Part shown: one piece after another, positions 37,500-49,515 of the stretch
Position numbering within the stretch: the stretch's first letter is position 1
How the letters are laid out: each line of letters begins with the position of its first letter
Source: Lama glama
Lineage: Eukaryota
Length of the DNA stretch: 64,000 bases
Reading direction: 5' to 3'
NCBI GenBank assembly: GCA_028534125.1
Contig: CM052817.1
Location: 52,640,001 to 52,704,000, forward strand
Notes under the pieces: generated by a model
Told to the model about the DNA's origin: nothing
Database searches by the model: none
The model's input: only the letters and a program-made list of their open reading frames with translations
Program-made: the position numbers and the translations under genes

Positions 37500-37860
37500 T
37501 TTTTTGAAGTTGATGATTCTAGGCCTGTGGCAGGAAATATGCAATATGAGTCTGGAGCATTTTGTAGGCCAGAAAATAAGGAAGTGGTGAAAAACCAAAT
37601 GTACAAAACCTACACTGAGGGCATATGTCAAAGAGACAGAAGAGTAAATTAAGCCATTCCCAATGGCCAAAGCTGGAACAATGTTAGAGACAAAATTAAG
37701 GAATAGTATTGGATTATGACCCAAAGTATAAAAGAAATATCCAGGAGTCCATGTTGATATATATTAATGATTTAATAAATGAATAATTGAGGGAGAAGAA
37801 ACAAATCTCCCTTGCAGGAGAATTTCAAATAATTTGTGTAGATACTCCACCATCACAAAA
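37500..37860 (+). mobile_element. L1MC3/MD-like 3'UTR
   Basis: GGCAGGAAATATGCAATATGAGTCTGGAGCAT...CCAATGGCCAAAGCTGGAACAAT...AATTTCAAATAATTTGTGTAGATACTCC. Confidence 0.75.
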
Positions 37861-38689
37861 GCATGTAAACGATTTTACTTTTAATATAAGAGTAACACAG
37901 AGTCAAAGAAGAGTTAAACAGGGTTATGTCCCTGTTCAGCTTGATTCAGGAGCTCATACACAAAGATGAAAGTTCAAGGTTTGCCAAAAAATTTCTTAAA
38001 GTGAGAACACACAGGAGAATCTCATTTATAAATTTAGAGACATCTCAACATAATTGTTACCATAAATTCATTCTTAGGAAAAATAAATGGTTACCAATTG
38101 ATCTTATTTGGTATGCTGTTTTTCCTAACAAAATGTTCTAATAACATCTTAGATCCCCTTTTTAACATCAGGTTTGATTTTTTTTTTCAGAATGTCAATA
38201 TTAGCAAAATATTTAATAGTTTAATTTCCGACGGGCTATTTAAATTATTCTCCTCTTATGTATCCATGAAGACATACTTGCAGAACTTTAGGACTGGAGA
38301 TAGTGGAACTGAGGTATAATTTTTGGTTGGTGACATTTGAGAAGGAAGATTCAGTTGAATAATGGAACTAAAAGGAAAATGACTGATAGTTAAGGGGTTA
38401 GAGAGACAGGCTGTGTTAGGAACTAGTGAACAGGCTCTTCGTTAAGAGACATCTAGTAATGAAAGAAAAGAGGGCACTAAGTAAGTTGCTAGGTGAAGAA
38501 TGAGATCAATGAACTGGAGTTTGTTTGCATAAGAGGGGCAGTCACACTTGAAATGATGTATTTGCCTGAAGGAATGACATAATCGAAAGATTAATGACTC
38601 TGCCTTTGTTTTGTGCTGGTCTCAACATATCGATAGCCAGTGTTGTGGGTGGACTGGCCCTTGTGGGCCTTGTTATGATTGCAAGACAC

Positions 38690-38990
38690 CCTTTAGCATG
38701 AACCATTATGGAACTTTGAAAAAATAAAAATCTATTACTAACAGGACCTGGAAATTACGTAGCACACCTAGGGCCACACAGCAAGATCTGAGAGGGGTGG
38801 AGCGGAGGGAGAGAGAGAGAGAGAGAAACAGACAGAGACAGAGACTGAGACTATCTTGGTCTTTCTCTTTTATGAACATGGGTCTCATTTGCCAGGTGAC
38901 CACTGCAATCTCTGATTGATAGTCCAGCTTTCCAGCTCCTATCTGTGAGTAGAGAGAATCACCAGCCTCCCCTCTTGTGACTTCCTCTTC
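38690..38990 (-). mobile_element. Probable old LTR fragment containing (GA)n
   Basis: CACACCTAGGGCCACACAGCAAG followed by a GA tract at 38808-38850. Family uncertain. Confidence 0.4.
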
Positions 38991-41299
38991 CTTTTCTTCC
39001 CTTGCCTTTTTTGGAATCTCTATATTCCATCTACTTTCTGTGTTCCTGAAACTTGTTGCAACCTCATTTTCATTGCTAGATCTCCTCTAATTTTTTTTTT
39101 ATAGAGGGAAGCATTTTCTTTTATACCTCTACATAAACTTGCAGGAGCTTGAGTGGATAGAGCTATGCCAGAAGTTCAGCTTGAGATCACATACTTCAGC
39201 ATATTTTTCATGTTCCAAGATTTCAGTTTGAAGTCATATACTGTTTCAGAAGTTTGATGACTGAGAAAGAAAAGTTTGTATAATGTTCTGTAATGTGGTT
39301 AACTATTTATATGGAGGTTTGACATGACCTGAAAGAAGAACTATTTTTAATCATTGTCATCATGCTCCATTTCTTAAAATAAAAGAAAATTGATATGCCA
39401 ATTATTAATTTAAAGACTCAGCCTAACAGATTATGCTTTAAAATGAGTTATTTCAAATTCAGGAGAGGTGGCTCTCCACAGGCTATATTAACTATCATCT
39501 GAGCCAATTTTCTTAATGTGCATTTAAAGAAAGTGAACCACTGAGAGCTTGTTTCACTTGTCCAAGGACAACTGGATATTTCCCTGCAGAGCTAGATCTA
39601 GAATAGAATTACCAAAAGTTGCAGTACAAAGTTGGGTGTTGTGGGTGTTGTTTTTTTTACATTGTAATGTATTATTCATTTCAAGATATTGGGTAAAGTC
39701 TGCAATATTTCAGATCATACCACCAATGGCCAGGTTGTATCCTTTTGAAAGTCTGTTTATTAGAAAATGAGCTCTGTTTGTTTCTTTAGATCATGGGTGT
39801 GTTGTACTGCGGAACATGTCATTTAAATGAAAACAAACAGCACCATTTATTCAATACCATATGATCACAAGAAAATAAATAGCTAAGAAAAAGCAACAAA
39901 ACCAAAGGCAAGATACATAACACTTCTAAAATTTGTCTTTATTGGAACCAGAAGCATTAAATATATTTTAGTATCTTCTGATAAAATGTAAAAGTCATAT
40001 TGAATGACATATCAAGTTACCCCTGCCTTTCTGATGCATCACTATTAGAAATATACCATGGTATCCGTGAGATTCATGAAACATAACTAGCAAAGAAGAG
40101 AAATTTGAGTTATTGAACTGTTCAGGAAGTTAACTTTAACACAAGTTATTAGAGAGTGGATGTACAAGCTATAGTATTGACTAACTATGTTTGATTCACA
40201 TAATATCAAACCTTCCGAGAAAGCACTGGTTATAAAAGAATAGCTAAAAAGATTTACTTTGTGTTGGGATCAGTTTGCAATAAATCAAAGTCCACTGTAG
40301 CTATCTGCAGTCATACCTGAACTCAAGTATTTGTGTGAATTGCTACTTACATGTGTTCATTCACTGGGACAACTGATAGTACCTCTTAAAAAGACATTTC
40401 TTTTAGACATTGTCATTTTTAATAAAAAGTTACCTCCTGGAAAGGCAGTGTGGAACTAAACTGGTTCCTACAGAGGTAAGTAAATGATGATTAGAGCACC
40501 AGGTAGTATGTTTGTCATTGTAAAACACAACCGATATAGATATACAAAGAAATGAAGTCAATTGAGTAACAATCATAAGCATGGAAAAGAGCAACAGCCA
40601 AAACAAAGGAAAAGGAAGAAGGAGGAGGAGAAGGAGAATCACTACCACTGCCACTGGTAGGCAGTTAGATGGAAATGAGTACCAGGCAAGGGGAGGGGAA
40701 GGAGAAAGAAGCAACCCAGAAAATAACAGTATGCCTGTGCTCAGGATAAGGGGCTCCAAAAACAAACATTTTTTTTTTGTCTAGTTTGGTAGACAGACAT
40801 AAAACATGCATTTAAAAACAAAAGTATGTACAGACCATATGAGTATAATAATGAAAAAATGTCTAATGATGAGGAATTTTCCAGATGAATAATGGTGGCA
40901 TAATAGGATAGGGTGTGGTGGGAGTTTTACTTTTATTCATTTTTTCAGCCTGTATTTGGCTGTATAATTACTTTGAAAAATAAATGAGTTAAAGTTAGTA
41001 GAGCAATTAAAAGGAAGAGCACAGGGTATAGGATAGACTCCTCCTTTTCATCATTATTTTCCCTTATTTCCTGCAGTGACACTTGCATTTTTAACAGATA
41101 TTTGTTATTAAAAATACATAGAACTTCAGGTAATTCTATCATGAATATTTCTAGCTTTTGAAGTTAGAGGCAAAAATGGAAAAAAATGTTGAGTAAGCAA
41201 CAGCTGGTTAAATCATGCAAAATAAATTGTGAAATCAAAGTACAACTATTAAAAATTTTATTTGGCTCTTAATAACATGGCTAGTTACTTGACTACAGA

Positions 41300-42264
41300 T
41301 ATTACTGAGTTCCTAACTTACTAACAGTAGAGGCAAACACTGAGCCCTGATATATCACCATTCCCTAGAGAGACCACCCAGCCACTCAGTGGTAAGCTGT
41401 TGTTCTTACTGTAAACTCTATTACTCAGAAGTAGCTGAATTTATGGAATAGCCTACAGATAACTCAAAGCACATGTTTGGAAGCAAACTATGAAAGAACA
41501 AAACATCAGTTCACCAGTTGCAGTACTGAATCAGAGACCAATAAATAGTGTTGTTTTTTTCTATAGACAGAATACATGAGTTTGAGAATCATGGGATGGA
41601 GCTGGGAATGGCTCCTCTCACTGTCTTACCTGTACAGGTTTACTCATTTGTAAAATTTTTGCTTTCCGTATCTGCTACTTTGAGTTCTGCTTGCTGGAGG
41701 TCTTGTTGACCAAGAGAATAGTGTTTTCACAACAGTGATCATATTGAATTGTAAATGACATTTACACTTGGACATTTTAGGCTCCTCATGCCACTGAACC
41801 AAGAGGCAAATTACGTTCTTTTCTATTGGATGGGATGATGGATTTTGATTAACAACATGAAATTAGATTGCATACAAAAATAGTGACTGGGACAATGTCT
41901 ACAATCCAAGGGTTTGAGAAGCACCTTTTACTATTCCCGTATCTAGTAGCAAAGTTAACAGCAACCAAATCAAGAAATGTCAGAACTTCAGGTATGAAAT
42001 TTTGGGCCACTCAGAAATCTAATGCATACATACATACATACTTACATGCATGCATACATGCATGAATGCATACATAAATACCTAAGCAAAACAAAACTCC
42101 TTAACCTGATGAGATTATGCCAGATTATGGTCAGAGGTAAAGGAAACAAGGAATGGAACTAAAAAGAAGTTAGATATACTAGTTATGTGATAGTAACCTT
42201 ATGATCATCTATAGTAGTGACAGTAGCAGTATGTGTATTGTCTTCCTTGATTTTTATGTATGTA

Positions 42265-42303
<39 letters not shown>

Positions 42304-42500
42304 TTCAATTCAAATTTATATTGATATCTCATTATCTATCTATCCATTCATCCATACTGAGATTTTGCATCTCCTTATTTTGGGGAGAGGGAAAGAGTAT
42401 CTTCATTTGTAGAAAGGCAGTTGCAGAGTAAGTTGGAAATGAAACTTCTTTGTTGTTTCTTGGAAATTTAAACATGGAAGAGTGTGTTTATATGTTTTTT
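41300..42500 (+). mobile_element. ERVL internal 3' part (integrase/dUTPase-region remnants)
   Basis: AACAGTAGAGGCAAACACTGAGCCCTGATATATCACCATTCCCTAGAGAGACCACCCAGCCACTCAGTGG resembles the ERVL integrase segment QQRPTLSPRYGTIPRGDQPATWW. GACATTTTAGGCTCCTCATGCCACTGAACCAAGAGGCAAA resembles the ERVL dUTPase region. Confidence 0.8.
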
Positions 42501-42505
42501 AACTA

Positions 42506-43128
42506 TGGAATCGAGCAGGACCCTGCAAGGTCTTCCAAGAACAGACCCAACCCTCTGCTAACCTCTGCCCCACCATCTTCCCCAAGTTCCAAGAGAAAAA
42601 TTTAATCAAAGTGAAAAAATACAGAAACAAACAAAAAACAGTCAATAAGACAAAATAATAATAGTTTAGTCATAAATTAAAGTCCAGGACTTTACTTCCT
42701 CCTCAAGGGTTATAGATAATATTCTGAGCCATATCCTTGAGTTGTTTTGCAGATACTGAAACCCCCACCAGTGGAAAAAGTTAACCACGTGCTGACCACA
42801 AGCACATAGACCCCAGACTGGTTGGAACCAGAAGGTTGATGATGTCAACTCCTGAAGCACCACAATATTACCTCACCAACGAATCAGAAGGATGTACACG
42901 AGCTGATCAAGCACCCTGCAACTCTCTCCTTAATCTTGCCTTTAAAAACTGTTCCCTGAAAGCCATCATGGAGTTCAGGTCTTTTGAACATGAGCTGTCC
43001 CTTCTCCTTACTTGGCCTTACATTAAACACTTCACAGTAAACACTGTACTTTTCCCTAATACAACCTGGTGACAATAAATTGGTTTTACTGCACTTGGGC
43101 AAGGAGACCCAAGTTTGTTTAGGTAACA
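42506..43128 (+). mobile_element. ERV1-class solo LTR
   Basis: Starts TGGAATCGAGCAGGACCCTG. TTTAAAAA TATA-like motif at ~42941, ATTAAA at ~43022, ends GACCCAAGTTTGTTTAGGTAACA. Confidence 0.85.
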
Positions 43129-43141
43129 GACAAAGGGTGCT

Positions 43142-43642
43142 AGTCATGCCTTTAAGCTTTAAACTAACCCTTCTATACTAAGCTTCTAAGTGAACATTGG
43201 CACTAGAAACCACATTTCAACTTTGCCAGCCAGATCTATGTTGGGCTTGGTCAATAGACAGTGACAGAGACTAAAAGTACTTCCTTCTTTCAGTCTGTTT
43301 CCTGTGGATTTCCTGTTTGTTTGTGGGTGAGCATCACCCCAGCAGCACTTCCTCACTCTACCATCAGAAGTCCCTTTACGTTGTAGTATTTGAATCCGGT
43401 TTGCAGTTTATACAATATTTGAAAAGTTAGTTTCATTCTGCTTTCCTTCACCTCTAAACACCTTATCATCCAACCAGTGACCTGCTACAGGGCTCCTTTT
43501 CAGAAGTCAGAGACGTTAGTACCAGTTGAGCTGTACTCCTTCTTCAGAGATTTGAAACTAGTTTACCATTCTTTATATTACAATTTCTCCAATCAAATAT
43601 TTGTTGTGTTTTATTTTACCTTAGTGGACTCTGAATGCTATA
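43142..43642 (+). mobile_element. ERVL-class LTR (LTR41-like), probable 3' LTR of the 41300 element
   Basis: Preceded by the PPT-like GACAAAGGGTG. AAACTAACCCTTCTATACT...AAACCACATTTCAACTTTGCCAGC resembles the LTR41 5' part. Confidence 0.6.
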
Positions 43643-44679
43643 GCCTGTTGTAGTGAAACATGAAATTGACAGTCTCAACTTTCTATTAATATAGTCTTGG
43701 TCTCAGATATAGCAGAATAGCATAGATAATTCTGTCTTTTAGACTATTTAATCTTTTGCAGAAGGGCACCATGGAGACAAACTCGTGATGTTTTTAATAG
43801 TTACTTAACTCTCCTCTGATACTTCCTATTTTCAACAAGATGGTTGGCCATCATAAAATCTTATTATGAAACCTAGAGATTTTGGATAAAATATTTCTTT
43901 AATTTTAAGTAGATATTTAAGAGTACTAGAATAAACTAGGATATATATTTGTTATATATATAAATTTATGACATATATTTCATCAGATTTTTGATCGTCA
44001 CTTTTGAGTATTATGTTTACTCAGATTGTTTCATTGGACATCTCCTACCCTGAGTTACAATTTCGAATAAATTCCTCCATGTAAATACTGGTGAACTTAT
44101 ATAATTAAGGGGAAATGCACTAGTAGTTATCTTACAAAGTATCATATTGATAAGGATTTGGATGAATTCCTATAGTCACATATCTTTGTGAATGTCCGAT
44201 CTTGAAATAGAAGTCAGAGGAGGAAACTTAATCTACATTTTAGGTTCAGAACAGAAATTCTAAAGGAAGTACAAAGTGATTCTGAGATGGGGATGTATCC
44301 TGCATAAGTATCAGAAAATCTTATTTTGAGGATGGCTTCCCTACTTTGCAAGATTGTCATAGAAAACACTAAATAAAGGAAGAATCAAGAGAAGGCATTA
44401 GAAAGCAAAACAACATAATTGAAAAAATGTAGAAATAAAAATAAATTTAGATGTACAAATGACATTAATTTTTGGAGTTATTAGCTATGTAATGTAGAAT
44501 AAAAACTTCTAAAAATACTGATTAGGAAGTGCCAGTTATTTTTTCTTTAAAGATTCAAAGTAACGGAAATAAAATATTAATTGTTGAAATAAAGCTTAAT
44601 AATTGGATTAAATAGTAAATTAGACAGTCTTTCCTCAGCTAAGAAGTAATCTTTCAATAGTACACAAAATGCATGAATC

Positions 44680-45460
44680 ATAAAATTTTCTAAAAAGATA
44701 GGTGGATTTTATAAAAACTTTTAATTGTCAAAAGGTATTATTAAGAAAATCAAAAAGGCAAACCACAGACTCAGAGAAAAATAATCCTAAACACTTATTT
44801 GATAATGGACTTGTATTTAGAATATATAAAGAACTCTTATAACTCAATAATGAGACAAACCACCAAGTGAAAATGTCATAGAGTTGAATGGACACATAAA
44901 CAAAGAAAGGGGCTATGGATGACTAATAATAGATATTTTGATGATTATATATCCACACAATTCTGTGTGTGGATGTTTACTTACGGTGGCTTTATTCATA
45001 ATCACCAAAACTTGGAAATAATATTGATGTCCAATGAGGGGTGAACAGATAATGAAATTCTGATGAATCCATATAATGATATCCATATAATGAAATACTA
45101 CTCAAAAATGTAAATAAATGTAATATATGCAACAACATGGTTGAATCTCAAAATATTATGCTAAGTGAAAAAAAAGACATAAATAGCTATTTACTGTATG
45201 ATTCAATTTATATGACATAATAAAAATAGTTAAATAAAAAACTACTGGAATAGAAATCCTAATAGTGCTTATTAGGGGCTGGGATTAGAAGTAAGGAATA
45301 TGTAAAAAAACAGAATGAGGGAACTTTTGGGGGCTAATGAAAATTCTCTTTCTCAATTGTGGTGGTAATTATTTGATTGGATACATTTACCAAAACTCAT
45401 AAAATTGTACACCTAAAAATGCTGAATTATATTTGATGGAAATTGGACCTCAAAAAATGT
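44680..45460 (+). mobile_element. Old L1 (L1MB/ME-like) ORF2 end and 3'UTR
   Basis: GGACTTGTATTTAGAATATATAAAGAACTCTTATAACTCAATAA...TGCAACAACATGGTTGAATCTCAAA...TACCAAAACTCATAAAATTGTACAC. Confidence 0.85.
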
Positions 45461-45744
45461 GAATTTTTTTAAGTTATTCATTCGTAAGTTTCTTTTTTTT
45501 CCATTATTGGGATATGCATATCAAAATTTTGGTGCTATTAGCATCAGATCTATACTATACCAGACCTATACTAAAATGCATGAGCAAAAAAATTTTTCTC
45601 AGCCATCAATATATATATTATAGTGTTTAAAACTAAAAATCTTATTATTTTGACCACTAAATTTGACCTTCTCAATATTACAGTTGAAGCCACATGAGCT
45701 TTATAATAAACACTTGCTCTATGATAACCTGCTGTGGTAAGATA

Positions 45745-45910
45745 CTTTAGTATCTCTTTTAGTCTATGTTTTATCCTTTGAAATATAATGACAATAGTGC
45801 CTATATCACTGGATTATTACTGAGTAAATAGGATAATGTGTTTGAAGCTCCAGTACAGTATGTGATGCATCATAATCATTAAAATATGGTAATATACGTT
45901 ATTGTTGTTG
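45745..45910 (+). mobile_element. MIR SINE
   Basis: ACAATAGTGCCTATATCACTGGATT...GAGTAAATAGGATAATGTGTTTGAAGC. Confidence 0.65.
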
Positions 45911-46139
45911 CTATACTCTTATTATCATTATTATAATCACGTTATGGACTTAATTCTCATACTTTTAACATTTTCTCCTTTTAGTTTTTCTTTAACTGTA
46001 AATAACTTTAATACTAATTGAACATCTTCAAACCACTATCAAAACTATGTGATCTCCTCAAATTCTTATTTCTGAATATTTTAATGTATAATATTACATA
46101 AAGGAGCTATTACCAAAGGCAAGTTCATATGTTTCTGTA

Positions 46140-46294
46140 TTTCTGTACTTCCCTGATTAGCAACCATTTGAATCTACCCTTTGGTACTCAAGGAAGGTTT
46201 AGGAGGCTGAAACATTTTTCCTACAAATAAGAAATGGGGGACAAGGAAAGATTTTTGTATTCAGGAGGGCTCCACAGGGTCCTGCTTGGTTTCA
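46140..46294 (-). mobile_element. 5' fragment of an ERV1-class LTR
   Basis: The reverse complement begins TGAAACCAAGCAGGACCCTGTGGAG, similar to the start of the 42506 LTR. Confidence 0.75.
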
Positions 46295-46324
46295 GTGGTT
46301 AGGGGGAAAGTCTCCCACTCACAC

Positions 46325-46835
46325 TTTGGAATTATATGCAGAAATTTTCACATGCAGTAGTAAAAAATAATACAAAAAATGTGTGTGTACCCTTTACAGA
46401 GTATCACAATAGCATTCTGCAAAACTATATAATAAGACAACCAGTATATTAACATTGATACAATGATGAAAAGCATTTCCATCACCATAAAATTTCCTTG
46501 TGATCCCCTTTTATAGCCACAGCCACCTCCACCCACTCACCCTGCTCATAACTCTTGGCACCCACTAATTTATTCTCCATTTCTAAAAGTGTGTCATTTA
46601 AAAATCTTACAGTATGTAACCTTTTGGAATTGGCACTTTTCACTTAGCGTAATACCCTTGTGATTCATCTGATTTGTTGCATGTGTCAATAGCTTGTTCC
46701 TTTACATTAGTGAGTACTATTTCATGATACTGATGTACAGAAGTCTGTTTTACCATTCACCTGTTGAAGGGCATCTGAGTGGTTTCCAGTTTGGGGCTGT
46801 TATGAATAGAGCTGTATGAACATTTATGCAAAAGC
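46325..46835 (-). mobile_element. L1MC/MD-like 3' end
   Basis: AGCATTTCCATCACCATAAAATTTCC...CTAATTTATTCTCCATTTCTA...GGTTTCCAGTTTGGGGCTGTTATGAATA. Confidence 0.85.
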
Positions 46836-48518
46836 TGCATGAGTTTTAAATAAAATTAAATCCAGAAGAGTGTTGAAATGAGAGTTGAGTGTATTAGCTC
46901 ACATTATGTGCAATAGGTGTATATGGAACTGTAGAGTGGATAGCCAAAGGGGAGCTAAAGACAACATAATTAACTTCAACAGAAAGAGGAGAATAAGGAA
47001 ACAATACTAAATAAGATGGTAAAACATTCATAATGGCACCTGCCCTCTGTGTACTTCTGTAATGGGGCTGCAGCAATGTAAAATTTTGCTGAAGAATTAT
47101 AGGAAGGCACTATTGTATTCTTAATCTATTAAATTTTTCTTCTATATGAAACCATTTATTTCTAAGTTCAAGGAGGAGAGCTTGACAGTTCCATGCATTC
47201 TTGAGATGCATGGAAATGTCACTGACAACCAATTAAAAACCACCAAATGTATGAAAAGACAAAAATATAGCTCCCATTAGAAACAGTAAAGAGAAACATT
47301 TGGTAAAAGGCATTTTTTATCCACTTGTTTTTCACCACCTTCAAGAAAGTCTTTTCATATAAGTAATTGGGTACAAAATAAACCTCTTTATTCTAGGTTG
47401 ATTTTTAAAAGTTATGTTTACCTAACTTTTACACAATTTTAGAAAAATGATACATGAAAGAGTCATTGTATGTAACTTTTATTAGTTTTGATTTAGTTGC
47501 CGTTGAGGTAATATATTTTAAAATTTTGAAATTTAATAAACTATGTGAATATAAGAAGGTTCCACAACTAATATGGATAAAATAATTCCTCTCTGATTAA
47601 TTTGGACCTTTATTAGAACAAATGCTATTTTATGCCCCTCTAAAAGTATCAATCAGAAAGTTTCTGTCAGCATTCACAAAATATCTTCTAAGAAAACAAT
47701 AAAAATTATCTTAGTGTTTATTGAGTATATTAAAGATGGTTCAACTGTACTGTAGCAATACACAGTGAAAAATGAATTCTGGAAGACTATTAGTGGTAAA
47801 CAATCATATGAAGTCTATGTACACAAAATAAAAAATAGCTGAAAAGTAATGTGGGTAATGGTGCATTGTACAAGCATTTAAAAAAATACAACCACTTATC
47901 ATTTTGATGTGATATAGAAATAACTCTTTTTTTGTTTGTGGGTATAACTAAATAGTTGCTTCAGTATAAGAAGACAAATGATATTTGTTTAAAGTAAGCC
48001 TTCACATACCTTAGGTTTTTATAGATTTTATTATGTAAAAATACTTAGTTTTTTACACAGATGTTTAAAAGATGATGTAGTTATGTCTTATTTCTTCCAC
48101 AGCCTTTTCCAAAAGGACTAATCATTATTCTGATGTCTTTTTACACGCACAATAATTTTGGACTTTCTAATTAGGAATAGTTTACCAAACGATTATTTTA
48201 CTTAAAACTGTTATTTATTTCAAACGTATTCATTCAGCATTTTTTGTTGTGTAATTTCTTTTATGTTCAACATGTACTTCTAGAATTAGGAGCATAACTT
48301 GTCTCAAACTATGAGGCTCACCTGTTTCTTCATGAAAAATAAACTGCACTCTAAGAGAAATTCAAAGCATAATCTGATAGTTAATTTGCCTTTATTCTAA
48401 ATACCTACATGAGTTCTTACCCACATTTATTTATTTTGCTGGTACAGAGTCTGTGAAATTATACTAATTTTAATCAGAAAATGTAACTGTGAGGAAAAAT
48501 GTCATGTACATGACACAT

Positions 48519-49515
48519 ACTATAGGTTGAACTATGTTTTAGTCTGTATTTTCCTAAGAAAGACAATCGATAGTGTATCCATATGTGTATTTACATACAC
48601 ACACACTCATACTTGTGCACAAATCAAATAATAATTGACACACACATATTTACTTACAAAAAGGAAGTGGCTCATATGGTAATAGAGTCTGAGAAGTCCC
48701 AATATCTACAGTCAGCATGTTGGATGCCCAGGAGAGCCAACGGAATAATTCTAGTCCAAGTCCAGTGGCCTGAGAACCAGGAGAATCCATGGTGTAAGTT
48801 CCAGTCCTAGTGTGAGTCTAAAGGCAGGAAAAGACTGATGCCCCAATGAAGATAGGCAGGCAGATAGAGACAATTCTACTGTACTCAACCTTTAGTTCTA
48901 TTTTGGCTTTCAGTGTATTGGGTAAAACCCACCCATTGGGAAGAGCAATCTGCTTTACTGTCTACCAATTAAATGCTAATCTTATCCAGCAAAACCCTTA
49001 TAGACATACCCAGAATACTGTTTAACCAAATATCTGGGCACTTTGTGACCCAATCAAGTTGATGTATAAAGCTAACCATTGCAAATTGTATAATTTTAAA
49101 ATTCATATGTTGAGGTTCTGAACTTCAGTGTTTACTTAGAAGTAGGGTTGTTGCAGATGTAATTGGTTAAGATTAGGGTATGCTGGATGAAGGTGGACCC
49201 AAAACACAGTATTACTGGCATCTTTAAAAAAGAGAAAATTTAGGCATGTAAGTACAGGGAGAACACCATTCAGACATGAAAGAAAAGATGGGGTGATGTA
49301 ACAACAAGTCAAGGACCATGGAAGATTGCCAGAAAAACAGAAGCTAGGAGAGAGTCATAGTACATATTCTCCCTCACAGCCCTCAGGAATAAGCAACCTT
49401 GCAGACTTCTTGACCTCAGACTTCTAGCCTCCATAACTGAGAGACGACACATTTTTGCATTTTAAGCCACTCAGTTTGTGGTACTTTGTTAGGGCAGCCC
49501 TTGTAAACTAACACA
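48519..49515 (+). mobile_element. MaLR LTR (MLT1B/C-like), interrupted at 48535-49083
   Basis: 5' stub TATAGGTTGAACTA, resuming AATTG...AAAATTCATATGTTGAGG...TTTAAGCCACTCAGTTTGTGGTACTTTGTTAGGGCAGCCC...AAACTAACACA. Confidence 0.85.
48535..49083 (-). mobile_element. MLT2-family solo LTR nested in an MLT1
   Basis: GGCTCATATGGTAATAGAGTCTGAGAAGTCCCAA...CCAAATATCTGGGCAC...AGCTAACCATTGCA. Confidence 0.9.

Noticed and set aside
40581..40784. Arg-rich ORF and its hydrophobic antisense partner (40430-40765)
   Set aside because: Produced by a purine-rich GGA/GAA low-complexity tract.
42020..42080. (ATAC/ATGC)n tract containing TGCATG RBFOX-like motifs
   Set aside because: Microsatellite expansion inside an ERVL remnant, with no evidence of a nearby exon.
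44951..45093. 9-bp inverted repeat (ATCCACACA/TGTGTGGAT) and 14-bp tandem duplication (ATCCATATAATGA x2)
   Set aside because: Small mutational events within a decayed L1 whose consensus is already quasi-palindromic here. No sign of function.
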